The position numbers were made by a program, and so were the translations under genes. Positions 20,521 to 33,829 of a DNA stretch of 64,000 bases are shown piece by piece. The stretch is from NCBI GenBank assembly GCA_010909165.1, contig MU008164.1, positions 1,984,001 through 2,048,000 of the forward strand. Direction: 5' to 3'. The first letter of the stretch is position 1, and every line of letters starts with the position of its first letter. Source of the DNA: Anthoceros angustus (lineage: Eukaryota > Plantae > Anthocerotophyta). The notes below the pieces were generated by a model. The model ran no database searches. It saw nothing but the letters and a program-made list of their open reading frames with translations, and was not told where the DNA came from.

Positions 20521-22699
20521 GGGAAACAATTCTTCTTTCAAGTTAAAATAAATTTGGTTATAGCTTAAACCCCGGAAAATAACTCTAGGATGGGGGTTGG
20601 AAGATATTTTCCCTAAAAAAATTTAAAGATACTTTTATTATAAAAAAGTGTCATGAAGATTCTTTTTAAAAATATTTAGAAGCCTAAAGCTGCTTTTTAA
20701 CTTAAAAGGGGGGCACATATTTTTACCTTGTTCAAAGCAATACTATTCCATACAACATAAAAATGCATTGTCCAAAGATATAAACAGCAATCGCAGTGTT
20801 ATAAACATCAATCGCAATGGAATACACAACATCCATGCTTTAAATCTACCTACCTCTCAATATTCCTAATATACTTAGGAATATATAAAACATATGGGGC
20901 TTCAAGCCATTTTCCTTTAAAAAAATAAGGGCTGGGAGTATGGAATACCTTTGTGGGGGTTGAAAAGTCTTCCACCTATTTTGGTTTGTTTGGGTCTAGT
21001 TTTCCACCAGGTTTGGTTTGTTTGGGTCTCCATATACAGCTGAATCCCATAAACTACGATCATGTTTCTTTCAAGCCCTCATCGATGCTCAGACGTCGCG
21101 GTATACGTATTGATGTGGGCCCTGCTTCCATATTTCTTTCATTCATTCTTTATTTTCTTTCCATCCATGCACCCCCTTTTTTTTTCATGTTTACGAAGTT
21201 AGGGTTTTGCCATCTTTGCCAACTTTGGATCACGTCCCAAACTCTCGTGACCTCTCGCTTCAACTCAATCTGTAACTGAAGGTGGCTTGCACTAAGGCTG
21301 AACATGAGCACATGTACAAGCCTTTGAAAGGCCTCATGAAGGGAAGCAAGAGATCATGGTTAAGATAAGTAAAGAAGCGCATGTATGCAAGTATCCATGG
21401 ATCCAAAATGTGGTGAACAGGAAGATGCATGCTAGATTTTCAATAGCATATCAAGTGGCTGTTATTCTGTACGTACAGATGGAGGTAGAATGCCTTATTC
21501 TAGTTCTGGCTTAACATACTACTTTCGCTTGTCTTATGAGGGCTTGTGTGAGCATTGGTGCCTACTTAATTTGAGAGCAAAGATGCATTGAGCCTAAATG
21601 CACTTCTTCCATGTGAGGTACAAAGTATGCTGGTGAAGCAAGAGCTTTCGCAATTTCGGACCATACCTCAAACCCTTGCCCCCGATTCAGCATGCTTTCC
21701 CATCAATGCCCCGATGGCCATTAAGGCAAATACGGTCAATCATGTGCGGACACGCAACCTGATGTCTTGAGAGCCAGTGTCTATGTAGCCATGGTGGAGT
21801 GTGGACATACATGACATAAACAAGTTTCAATTTGTGGTTTTCGTTGCATACTCAGGTTTTGCACTTGTTCTTTTATGTACCCATTTTTTCATTCTCGGGA
21901 TGCATGCTTTCAAACCCTGATGGCTTTCAACTTCCAAACCAATGTTTCAAGGGACAGACACTCTCACCGTGAGCAATCGAGGAAGAGCCAATGTCATGAT
22001 TTGGTTGAGAAAGTAGTGCAGCTGCAGACAAATTCGAGAAAAGACTCAAGGAGTTGAAACACGGATGTGGATAGGGAGGCCCCTGCAATAAATGGCAGCA
22101 ATCTAAACCAAATTTCATCGGCCAAGGTTTGGTCCGAAGACCTTTAGTCTTCAATGAAAGCAAGAGCAGATTCATAAAGAGTTTCCTCAATAGCTTCCTC
22201 TCAAGCATCTTCTAAATGGAGTGCCCCAGCCATGCTCAAGGCATCGACTGCTATGTAATTGGAGTGACACGAGGACGATGATATGGCAGTGGCACGGTAA
22301 GTGGGGATCTCATAGAACGCCTTTCGAGAAGCGAGTTGAATTCTTTGGAATGTTTCAAGGTGTGAAGCTGTGGTTTGTCTGGTGTTACGATTTAGCTCTT
22401 TTTCGAGTGCTATGAGATGGTGATGGATGTCCTTCATTGCAATTTTGTCCACAAGTTTACATGATGTACGTTAGACCGTGCTCTTGTTCTACGGGAAGCT
22501 AAGAACTATCTAACCTAGTTTGGGTTTCATGACTTCTCTCTCAATTTGGACAATATGGTAGGTTTGAAATTTTACAGGTATGTCTTGTTTCTTACCACAC
22601 TTTCTTTGTTAAAGTTCTGGGCACTGCTTCAAGCGCTGGTGTAGTTGTGTTAGACTTCTCTTCATTGGCATAGTGGGAATGAAGGTGCAAGACGAAGGT

Positions 22700-23950
22700 T
22701 AATTACTTGTTATGACACATCTGATGACGTCACCCACAGGTCGAGATTTTTTAGGTATAAATTCATATTGTTGTTAGTGTAGAAGTTATTTTACGGTGAA
22801 CGTTGAAATTGGCTCCTGCTGTAGATCCGGATCATCTTTAAAATTCCAAAATAGAGGTATGTCCAATGCCCCAGGTTACAAAACTCAATTTTGTCTCATG
22901 CCTCGTCTCCAAACACAAAAAAGTGGATTCTCACCATCCCAAACTGACCTGACCATCCTACCATTTTTTTGTTGATTCCTTATCATCTACTTACGTTCTA
23001 TGTTACCTTCTTCTTTTCTTCCACACGACTTCCTTCAAACCAACAAATCGCTTAAGTCTATTTGTTCCCTCGTTCTCATAAAATTCTTCCAATTCTTGTC
23101 TTCGTTGTAATTCTTCGCTTGCCTAAATAACTAATTGTTTCACCTTGTGATGAGTTTGCTCCATAAGGTAAGAAATATCAAAAGCTAAACTAGTGTGCTC
23201 AAATGTGGTATCACATACTTTAGCATAAGTGGCTTTCATAAAATCCAGCTGTATCTCTTTTTTCATTTCAAATCGTGTCCTAGATATTGGCGCCACCAAC
23301 AGATTGGTGGGCAACACAATAATAATATGGAGCTTCTTCATCCCATGTCAAAAAAATCATAGCTAAGTAACTCCCCAATAGCATCTTTTATAATGGTCCA
23401 TGCTATTGGAGTGATGGCCAGAAACCTTAACAGTGAATAAGTGATACTTGTTTAGCCTAAATGTTACATCCATAGCTAGCACATTGTGATTCCCATAAGC
23501 AATATACAATTGGCAACATGAAAGGAGTTTATATACGCAAAGCGAAAGATTGATCTTCTTGATTGGTGAAAGACTATAGACACATTTTGCTCTAATCGCA
23601 TAGATTCTCATATGGCATTATCCAGGGTTAGCTTCCATTCACCAACTTCAACTTGTGTTAGTATATGAAGAACATCATATTTTTGCATATAATCATCTCT
23701 TACTTGGTTACATACATCTTCTGGTCGTTGACTTTAGCATACAATGCATCTTGATGCCATTGCATTATCTCCTCGAATAGAAACGTCTTTGCAATACAGG
23801 CAATGCCGGATCCCATCTTTCTTCTCTTGTGAAAACTACGTTGCTTTAACATCACAGGGCAAACATTCATACCCGGGCTTCAATATAGTTAAATAATCCT
23901 AATTTAGGAAGCTGCACTGTAAAAGGTGTGTTGGTTGATGACTCCTCGAA
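22700..23950 (-). pseudogene. Highly degenerate Mutator (MULE) transposase relic
   Basis: ORF 23363-23611 contains YGNHNVLAMDVTFRLNKYHLFTV, matching the MULE first-Asp motif (MDxTFxxNKYxxxLFT). The surrounding frames are full of stops. Confidence 0.5.
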
Positions 23951-26220
23951 GTTAGTACAAGAACTCAAATCGCTAATTGTAACCCTTAAATCACATATCC
24001 CTATCCCTAGAAGAGAAAACCCTAACTCCAATCTTCTTATCAAAAGAACTAACCTTAATTCTAGCCCTAACCCTAATGATAAGGAGCCTTCTACTTAGAG
24101 ACCGGAAAATCCAACTGAACATGCTAACGAATTGTGGCTTCTCGGACAGTGCATAAACTTGAACTGGGAGTTTGAAGTGAACTCCCCACAGTTCGTATGG
24201 TTCAAAGTTACTCATCCAATTCCACTGACTCATGCATTTGTTGCAGAGCTTCGTCGAAAGAAGCAAGTACTACCTGTCGCTCCAAGATGCGATGAAGAAG
24301 GAGATGCAAATCCAGAGGGAGAGGGAGAGCAAATCATGCACCTTATGAAGGGGACCCTAGTGTCGAGGAGGAAGGCCCAAAATCAAGGTGATGGTAAGTT
24401 CTGGATGTTGCTCATTCTCTTGTGGTGGGGAAAGCTTGAAAAACCGTAAACGCTACTGTGTAATTTAAAGCTTTTTTTTCTGTAAAATATGTTGGCTCTC
24501 TGATATTTGATTTCTCAACAATTTTCTTTAAGCTAAAGCCTTTACTGAAGAGAATGTGAAGAAGTTTGAGAACTTCGATTTTATTCAATTTATACCTGGG
24601 GGTGTGTTTTTTAATCCCCAAGCATGTAAATTATGGCAGAGCATGACAAGTGTTGATCTTTACAAGGACTATGTCGTGAAGACAAAGCTAGATAATTTGA
24701 TAAGCATTTTTTTCTTCAGCAGGTGAGTGTCGTGGTAACATCCAAAGATGCCGAAGCTGGCGCACCAAGTTGTCAGAAAGAAGAACGGGCTTGCCCTCCA
24801 ATGTGCAAAGCAATGGGCAATGCCCTTCGATGAGTTCATGATCTTGTGAGTTTCCTCGATCGGTACGTGCCGGGTGTGAGACTCGCACTGGGCAGCTCAC
24901 ACTAAGAGAGATTTCATCACTGGACACGGCGGCAATTTTTAAGGCGGTCTCGTCGTAGGGCAAGATAGACTTTTACAGCTACATTGAGGGAAGATACATA
25001 GGTTATCGGAGTAGACTATGTCACCACGTTCTTTGGGTGTTGCGTGAGGAGGGTGCCATCCTTATATATGATTCCTCACTTAGCGTGTCAAATTCAGCAA
25101 TAGCTTCATCGAATGCTCGTTCGCACTACTAGGAAAAATAGCCTTTTACAATGGACTTTATAACAGCATTACAATGACCGTTGTAGAATGACTGTTGTAA
25201 ACACCCCTTACTAATTTACCTTGTAATTTTCTCAAAGTGTATATACTAGATGTATATGTTCTTACGTATGGTATACAAGTATTTTACAGGCTAACCATAG
25301 TCATTATACTCAGGTTAAGTAACCACAATATATTAACTATGATATTATAACTCGGGTTCTATTAACCATAGTAACATGATAATTTTTGAAGAGGGGAATA
25401 TAGTAACCCCCTTCGGTTGAGACAGCACCCCCTTGTCACGATGTACACCCTTCATGCAACAGCATATCTGCTCTACTTTGATAATGCGCACACCCTTTAT
25501 GAGCCCATACCTTTGATAAAAGACGCACTTTCAAGTCTACACTCCAGAACTAGAGCACAGTAGGGTGTGGGCCCGTCTGCGTTTTTGTAGAATGCATAGA
25601 GGGCTGTCATTTTCATATGTTTATTACAACTGGAAACTTTTACTTTCAAGTGGTAGAACACGATGAAAACAATCCTGTACTAGCGGAGTCTCATTTCAGT
25701 GGTCGTGAGAACATTGTAACAAACAACTGTTAAGGGAGGAAGTGGTCATCAGCATCGACAATAGTCATTCAAGAGTGCGGCCGAGCGACTCGTCTATGCC
25801 TTGCGCCGATACTGAGTCAAGGACCACTACCAAATTCCGAAGGCGGTCCATATCCTCTACGTCAAAGCTGTCATTCTCCTCCTGTGCTTGCTCGTATTCG
25901 TGAGTATAATTCTGAGCACGCGCCGACCACACAACATTTAGGGTCTGCTGACCCTCATCCAATAGCTCGCCAATCGTGGTCTTCAACCTTCTGACACTCA
26001 ATGCAACCACTTGGGCTTTAAGGCAATGCCAACGTCCTTAAAATGAACAAAGTTGGTTGCCCATGCGCCCATGCAAGCGTCCTTAAAATAAACAAAGTTG
26101 AGTTATTAAGAGATATGGGTTTTGAACACAAAACCCACTCATTACTACACCTCCAAGCACTTCACCAACAATCCCAAGTTGAAAAACTCTTGCGCCGCTA
26201 AATACTGATTTACTTAAAGA

Positions 26221-26470
26221 GCCCATGAGGAGCCCATGGGGGCGCCGGCCGGCGCCCATGGATAGGCGGTGTGCTAGGGAGGGCGCCGGCCGCCCATGGG
26301 CGTGTGCTAGGGAGGGCGGCCGGCGCCCATGGGCGGGCGGGCGGGCGGGCGCCCATGGGCGGGGTGTGTTAGGGGAGGCGGCCGGCCGGCGCCCATGGGC
26401 AAGGTGTGCTAGGGAGGCGGCCGGCGCCCATGGGCGTGTTGGGGGCGGGCGGGGCCGGCCGGCGCCTCCT
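26221..26470 (+). repeat. GC-rich degenerate tandem repeat built on the palindrome gcccatgggc
   Basis: Recurrent ggccggcgcccatgggc...gtgtgctagggag units of ~30-40 bp. Confidence 0.8.
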
Positions 26471-28457
26471 GCTCACCGCATGCACGGTGCATGCGGGTGA
26501 AGCTAGGGGGACAAGAAGGAACGGTGTATCCTATCACCAACGGAAGGTGTGGCCCATTTGCAGGAAGGGTTAAAAGATTTGCGTCCATAGGTGACTGTCT
26601 GAAGAGTACAAGTGGTGGGAAGCCTTTTGGGTGGACCAGAAGGAGATTGCTATCATTGTGGAGAATAACATTGGGCTAGTGCTATAGCATCCTTGGAAGT
26701 GGTTTTCACGTGCGGAAGTGGATCATACAGCCTGACCACTTCAAGTGCCGGATGAAGCTTTGCTAGATGAGGCATTATTGAGGGACCTCCCACAGCGTGA
26801 TATGTACTTGGGGGCATATCAAAATGCCGGAAGGCAACAGTGGGAATGGCGCGGATGAATGGGGACATAATGGAAATCTGGAAGAGGATGTTTCTGGCAG
26901 TGTTGTGCGCTATGGACACGCATAACAGGCCATTCTGGATTGGGGAGAGTCATTGACGCAAAGCTAGATGCACCACGACCTCACTTTCTTATCCACTGGT
27001 ATCGGACCGAGCACACAGATGTGTACGAAGGGAGATATGTGTAGGAATACATAGTCTGTCAGAGTGTGAACCCATTTGGTCTGATGCCGAGGAAAAAAGG
27101 AAATAAGGTCCATTACCCAAAAAACATACAGGAGGTGTTTGTGAATGAAACAACCATCCTCAGACATTATGGGTTGTGTTGAACGACGAAACATGTGTAT
27201 GCGGTGGACAAAAAGCGATAAGGGATAAGCTCTGCGAGTTGCGGCTTCATACAACTCATGAGTCAAAGTGCCATCAAGATAGTGATGACAATGCTAGAGA
27301 AGTCGGACCAAGTGATGACGAAGGATTGAACTCGTGATGAGTGGCGAAATCACGGTTTGTCCCGAGGTCCCAGAGTGAATGTTGTACGTCTGGTTCCAGA
27401 TGTTACTGTGTTTTGGAAATACCATGTCCGTGGCTTTTGTTGTGTCCTTACTAAACCACATTTTCCGCCCAAAACTGAATCTACAGCCATCCCTTCCCGG
27501 CAGGAACGGCTTTAGGTTTGAGTTTGCAACCACCATTCGACAGAAACATTGTTGGATGGAAAGTAGGAACTTTAGTGGGTGACACCCTTTTTTTCGGAGA
27601 TGTTTTCCGGAATACCTTAAAAAAACTGTTTTAGGGCCCATCAAAAACCCCCTTCAGAGATTATTTACGGAAAACTCCCTTCGAGATTATTCACCCCCTT
27701 CAAAAATTATCATGTTTAGTGAAATAATTTAGTTAAGTATTTAGGGTTTATTCACCGGTATAAATTCTGCTATTGTAAATTCTGTTGTTGTAAATGGTTT
27801 GTGTGGCGCGACTTTCGCTAACGGTCAGCCGGGCATGCACAATCCCGTGTCGATGCAGTAAGGGGTCCGTTCCCAAGGGAATGATTGGTTCCGTTTTGCA
27901 CGTCGCGGACCGATTCTCGCCTCGCCGTCGGGGCAGTTTCTATCTGAGACCTCAACGCAATCGTTATCACTCCTAATTACTCTTAAGCGTCCACCGAACA
28001 GGCCCGGCGTGGCCAAACGTTTAAGGATTGGTTCTCGTCCATTTCCTATCAGTCCAACCTATGTCTCGTCTAGTCCGTCTTTCCTACCACGCTCACTAAG
28101 CACATTACCAGTTGGGAAATCGTGGGTGGGTTTGCGTGGCCCGGACCTCCGCCGTCGTTCAACCAGGCCTCTCCGTCCGGGCTCTGCACGCCCTCTCGGA
28201 GTTCCGCTGGTCTCACACGTTTCGGTCCGCCCGACGCCGGCCTCCTGCCCCGGAAGAGCAAGGGTCCCTGGTCGTCCGCTCCTGCACACACCACCACACG
28301 TTAGGGTCCGTCACAAGGACCTAGATCAGTCTCTCCGGGGTTGTCTTGCCTGCTCAGTGACTCAAGACTCGCGCTAGCAAAGGACACACAAGGGTCTGCA
28401 AAGAGAATGCAGTATCAACCCCAAAGGAAAGATGCTTTACTAAAGCGGCCTCTGCCC

Positions 28458-28464
28458 TTTTATA
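28458..28464 (-). promoter_or_regulatory. Candidate LTR TATA box (TATAAAA) of the family B LTR
   Basis: Minus strand reads gtagTATAAAAgggc, ~660 bp from the LTR end. The equivalent gagTATAAGAgggc lies at ~40520 in the second copy. Confidence 0.5.
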
Positions 28465-31400
28465 CTACGCCCTGAGGAGGCGTCTTTATTATACTACTAT
28501 TCCGAGCTGATGTCGAGCTCAGTGTGCCCTAGCCCCCAACCCTACTATTTCCCTTAGCCTACCTATCTTCGCCTACGGCGGTGGGGCTGAGGGTGCCCAT
28601 GATTCCGCCATGGCGCTGGCGGCCCAATCCCTAGCTCTGGCAATTGAGGTGCATCCAATCGGATCATCCGCGATGCGAGCCCCTCCCCTTCCGAGACTCG
28701 CCGGTAGCCACTCAGGCGGTGGCTTGACGGCCGCGGTGACCACCAAGTCCTCCTCTTAGCCCCTCTTAACTCGTGGTGGGTCCGCTCTGCGGGTCCACTG
28801 AGGCTGCTACGCTTGGGTGGTGTGGGTGATTTTCTAAACCAAGTGGTCACAAAGAGGCCACATTTACCCTCTTTATCGTTGTAGACTTGAGATTCGTTCC
28901 CAAGGGAGTGATTTCGTGTCAAGATAACCAAAACATAGCCAATCCAACCCAACACAGACACGCCAAACATCTAGCAGTACAGACCAGGCTACTGACCTAA
29001 CAACACTCAGACCTGTGGCTATCTTAGCCACGCCTGACCCTGATGCCACCCAGCAACGGACTGACCCGGTTGCTAACTTAGCAACCGCCCTCTATTTCTA
29101 GCAGAGGGGGGTCCACCTTGGGATCAGGTCTGGCTATTAATAGGGGGGTGGGTCCCAGGTCGGGATCCAAGTGGATAAAGCTGACCTCTCTCTCTCTCTC
29201 TCTCTCTCTTACTCATCCACAAAGTTAGATCCACCAATCAGGATTACTGCTCTCATAACTTTCCCCCCCCTCCTCTCACTCTTGCAGCATTTCTTCAGAC
29301 TTCCTTGCCTCTCCAGCCTTTCAGCTCACCTTCCAGCTCCATCAGACCTCTCCAGCTCTCTTCAACTCTCCTTGAGGTGCCTCTCGCTCTCCCACACTCT
29401 CAAGTTTCCCCAGCAACTCTCTTCAACTCTCCTTGTTCTCACCTCACGCCCATTCAATCTCCACTTCCAGCTCACAGCTCCTCCCAGTCCTTACAAGGTT
29501 CTCATCCAGACCTTACAGCCCCAACCCTACTATTTCCCTTAGCCTACCTATCTTCGCCTACGGCGGTGGGGCTGAGGGTGCCCATGATTCCGCCATGGCG
29601 CTGGCGGCCCAATCCCTAGCTCTGGCAATTGAGGTGCATCCAATCGGATCATCCGCGATGCGGGGCCCCTCCCCCTTCCCGAGACTCTGTCAGGCTGAGC
29701 TACGGGCGGTGGCTTGACGACCGCAGTGACCACCAAGTCCTCCTCTTCGCCCCCTCTTAACTCGCTGGTGGGTCCCTGCTCTGCGGGTCCACCAGGAAGC
29801 TGCTCTGCTTGGGTGGTGTGGAGTGATTTTCTAAACCAAGTGGTCACAAAGAGGCCACATTTACCCTCTTTATCGTTGTAGACTTGAGATTCGTTCCCAA
29901 GGGAGTGATTTCGTGTCAAGACAACCAAAACATAGCCAATCCAACCAACACACAAACATCTAGCGATTCTGAGACTACCTAACAACACTCGGACACTGTG
30001 GCTATCTTAGCCACGCGACCTGATGCCACCCGGCAGCGGGAGACCGGTTGCTAACTTAGCCCCTCTATTTCTAGCGGAGGGTCCACCTTGGGATCAGTCG
30101 GCTATTAATAGTGGGTCCCAGTCGGGATCCAAGTGGATAAAGCTGACCTCTCTCTCTCTCTCTCTCTTACTCATCCACAAAGTTAGATCCACCAATCGAT
30201 TCTGCTCTCATAACTTTCCCCCCCTCCTCTCACTCTTGCACTTCTTGAGACTTCCTTGCCTCTCCAGCCTTTCAGCTCACCTTCCAGCTCCATACAGACC
30301 TCTCCAGCTCTCCAGTCCTTGAGGTGCCTCAGCCTCCCACACTCTCCAAGTTTCCCAGCTCTCTTCAACTCTCCTTGTTCTCACCTCACGCCCATTCAAT
30401 CTCCACTTCCAGCTCACAGCTCCTCCCAGTCCTTACAAGGTTCTCATCCAGACCTTACAGCCCTTCACCAACTCTCAAAATACTTGTTCACTACCTCCCA
30501 CAATCATTCCATCTCATCCACTCACGGGATCTTCAACCTCCACTCACAGCTCTCTTCTTGACCAAAACATAGCCAATCCAACCAACACGGACACGCCAAA
30601 CATCTAGCGATTCTGAGACTACCTAACAACACTCGGACACTGTGGCTATCTTAGCCACGACCACCGATGAATTAACGGATGGCCAACCTTAGCAACCGCC
30701 TCTATTTCTAGCGGAGGGTCCACCTTGGGATCAGTCGGCTATTAATAGTGGGTCCCAGTCGGGATCCAAGTGGATAAAGCTGACCTCTCTCTCTCTCTCT
30801 TACTCATCCACAAAGTTAGATCCACCAATCGGATTCTGCTCTCATAACTTTCCCCCCCTCCTCTCACTCTTGCATCATTTCTTGACTTCCTTGCCTCTCC
30901 AGCCTTTCAGCTCACCTTCCAAGCTCCATACAGACCTCTCCAGCTCTCCAGTCCTTGAGGTGCCTCAGCCTCCCACACTCCAAGTTTCCCCAAAGAACTC
31001 TCTTCAACTCTCCTTGTTCTCACACCTCACGCCCCATTCAATCTCCACTTCCAGCTCACAGCTCCTCCCAGTCCTTACAAGGTTCTCATCCAGACCTTAC
31101 AGCCCTTCACCAACTCTCAAAATACTTGTTCACTACCTCCCACAATCATTCCATCTCATCCACTCACGGATCTTCAACCTCCACTCACAGCTCTCTTCTT
31201 GACCAAAACATAGCCAATCCAACCAACACGGACACGCCAAACATCTAGCGATTCTGAGACTACCTAACAACACTCGGACACTGTGGCTATCTTAGCCACG
31301 ACCACCGATGAATTAACGGATGGCCAACCTTAGCAACCGCCTCTATTTCTAGCGGAGGGTCCACCTTGGGATCAGTCGGCTATTAATAGTGGGTCCCAGT

Positions 31401-33829
31401 CGGGATCCAAGTGGATAAAGCTGACCTCTCTCTCTCTCTCTTACTCATCCACAAAGTTAGATCCACCAATCGGATTACCGCCTCATAACTTTCCCCCCCT
31501 CCTCTCACTCTTGCATCATTTCTTGACTTCCTTGCCTCTCCAGCCTTTCAGCTCACCTTCCAAGCTCCATACAGACCTCTCCAGCTCTCCAGTCCTTGAG
31601 GTGCCTCAGCCTCCCACACTCCAAGTTTCCCCCAGCAACTCTCTTCAACTCTCCTTGTTCTCACACCTCACTGCCCCATTCAATCTCCACTTCCCCAGCT
31701 CACAGCTCCTCTCCAGTCCTTACAAGGTTCTCATCCAGACCTTACAGCCCTTCACCAACTCTCAAAATACTTGTTCAGCTACCTCCCACAACCATTCCAT
31801 CTCATCCACTCACGGGATCTTCAACCTCCACTCACAGCTCTCTTCTTCAGCAACACAAACATCACTTACAGACTTCTCCAGTCCTTCTTACTCCTCTCAA
31901 ACAGCCAATCAGCAACTCTCCATGTCCAGCATTCTCCACTTCTCTCACAGTTCACTTTTCCCTCTCATTTTCCAAACACAAGCCAGCCTCCAACTCACTT
32001 CAACCTTCCCTTCACACACACGGCTCCCGCCTTGTCTTCTTCTCTCCCGCGACCTTGACACTCTGAAAACTTAAACACAAGGTGAGTACTAGACAAGCTG
32101 CAGAGAATGAGTAAAGGAGGGCTGACCTCCCGGCTTCACCCCTTCCTCTTGACCTTGAGGACTCCCTCAAGGAGACCACAAGGCTCCCTCCCCTTGCTTT
32201 CCACCACTCTTGCGGATCGGCCACACGGATCTGGGCAACAGTAGTCTTCTCATGGCGGAGGCAGTGCCTAGGCTTACGACCTTGGATGGAACCCTCCCAA
32301 ACCCCGTGCTCAAACCAAGACTTAGGCCAACATTGCTTACATTTCATCAAGAGGCCTCTTATACCCAAGATCACAAAAGCGGCTTGGGCGCTTGCCAAAA
32401 ATACCAATCGGTCTTAGCCTACCAATCCTAGAGGCCTATCTATCAATTACATCCACTATGAGAGAGGATAAGATTCTGATCTATAACACATGGGCCTTTA
32501 GCTATTTGAGGCCACTTACCCTATTACCTCTCACAGGCCTCCTAGGCCGCCTAGCCCCATGTTCTCCTCTTGCTCTCCTCCCTCTTGGCTGGTTGGGCAA
32601 TCTCTCCCATAAAATCTCTACCTCCTCGGCTGGACTCCTCTCTCTCTTGTGCTCGCCGCATGATGCAGTACTCCTCCTCGGTGAGCTCTTGAATCCTGGA
32701 TGGGTCGGTGAGTTTCCTCCTTAAGAATCCAACCCATAGGTAGGATCCGGTGCCGTCAAGGCATGGATCAAGTACCTCCATGTCCCCTGTGCCCACAACA
32801 ACATAAACTTTCGGAGACAATCTTCTCTCCAGCCAAGGAGAATCCGGGCACATGGTTATCTTGATAAGCATCCCTCAATCTAATGCACCATTGGGAAGTT
32901 AGACTTCTTAGGCGGTGCTTACCGCTCCCCACAGCTGTTGTCCTCCTCCTGTCAGCCCCTTCTTCCTTGTTGTAGCTCTGGTCTTGGAGCTGTTGCTCCC
33001 TTAGCAGTGCAGGTGTGCTTCCTTAGCGGCGGCGGTTGCTTGCTTAGCAACCTCCTCGGTGCTAACTCGCAGATTCTTCCATGGGAGGCTCGCATCTTCC
33101 ACGGTGGCTCTCCTTGCAATCCACAGCCCTCTTGGCCTCTTTCCACCTTTCCTTGCCTCGTCCCTCTCCTTCTTGTGGCGCCCGGCATCCAGTTTCGGCT
33201 GAACTTGCGCATCGAGATGACATTCTGCGGCTCCCCTATGGTGCTTTGTGCGTCCGAGAGTGAACCATGAGGTTTCGATCCTTGGTCTTGCAACTCTTCT
33301 CGGACCTTCCTTAATTCCTTCCATGCTACCTAGGCGTCCCTCAAGACCTCCTTCTCCCCTGACCTTGACACTCTGAAACACAAGGTGAGTACTAGACAAG
33401 CTGCAGAGAATGAGTAAAGGAGGGACAGCCTCCCGGCTTCCGACCCCTTCCTCTTGACCTTGAGGACTCCTCCAAGGAGACCACAAGGCTCCCTTGCTTT
33501 CCACCACTCTTGCGGATCGGCCACCGGATCTGGGCAACAGTAGTCTTCTCGGCCCTTGGCGGAGGAGGCAGTGCCTAGGCTTCTGACCTTTGGATCTGGA
33601 ACCCTCCCAAACCCCGTGCTCAAACACCGAGACTTAGGCCAACATTGCTTACATTTCATCAAGAGGCCTCTTATACCCAAGATCATTACAAAAGCGGCTT
33701 GGTGCTTGCCAATCTGTCGGTCTTAGCCTACCAATCCTAGAGGCCTATCTATCAATTACATCCACTATGAGAGGATAAGATTTGATCTATAACACATGGG
33801 CCTTTAGCTATTTCAGGCCACTTACCCTA

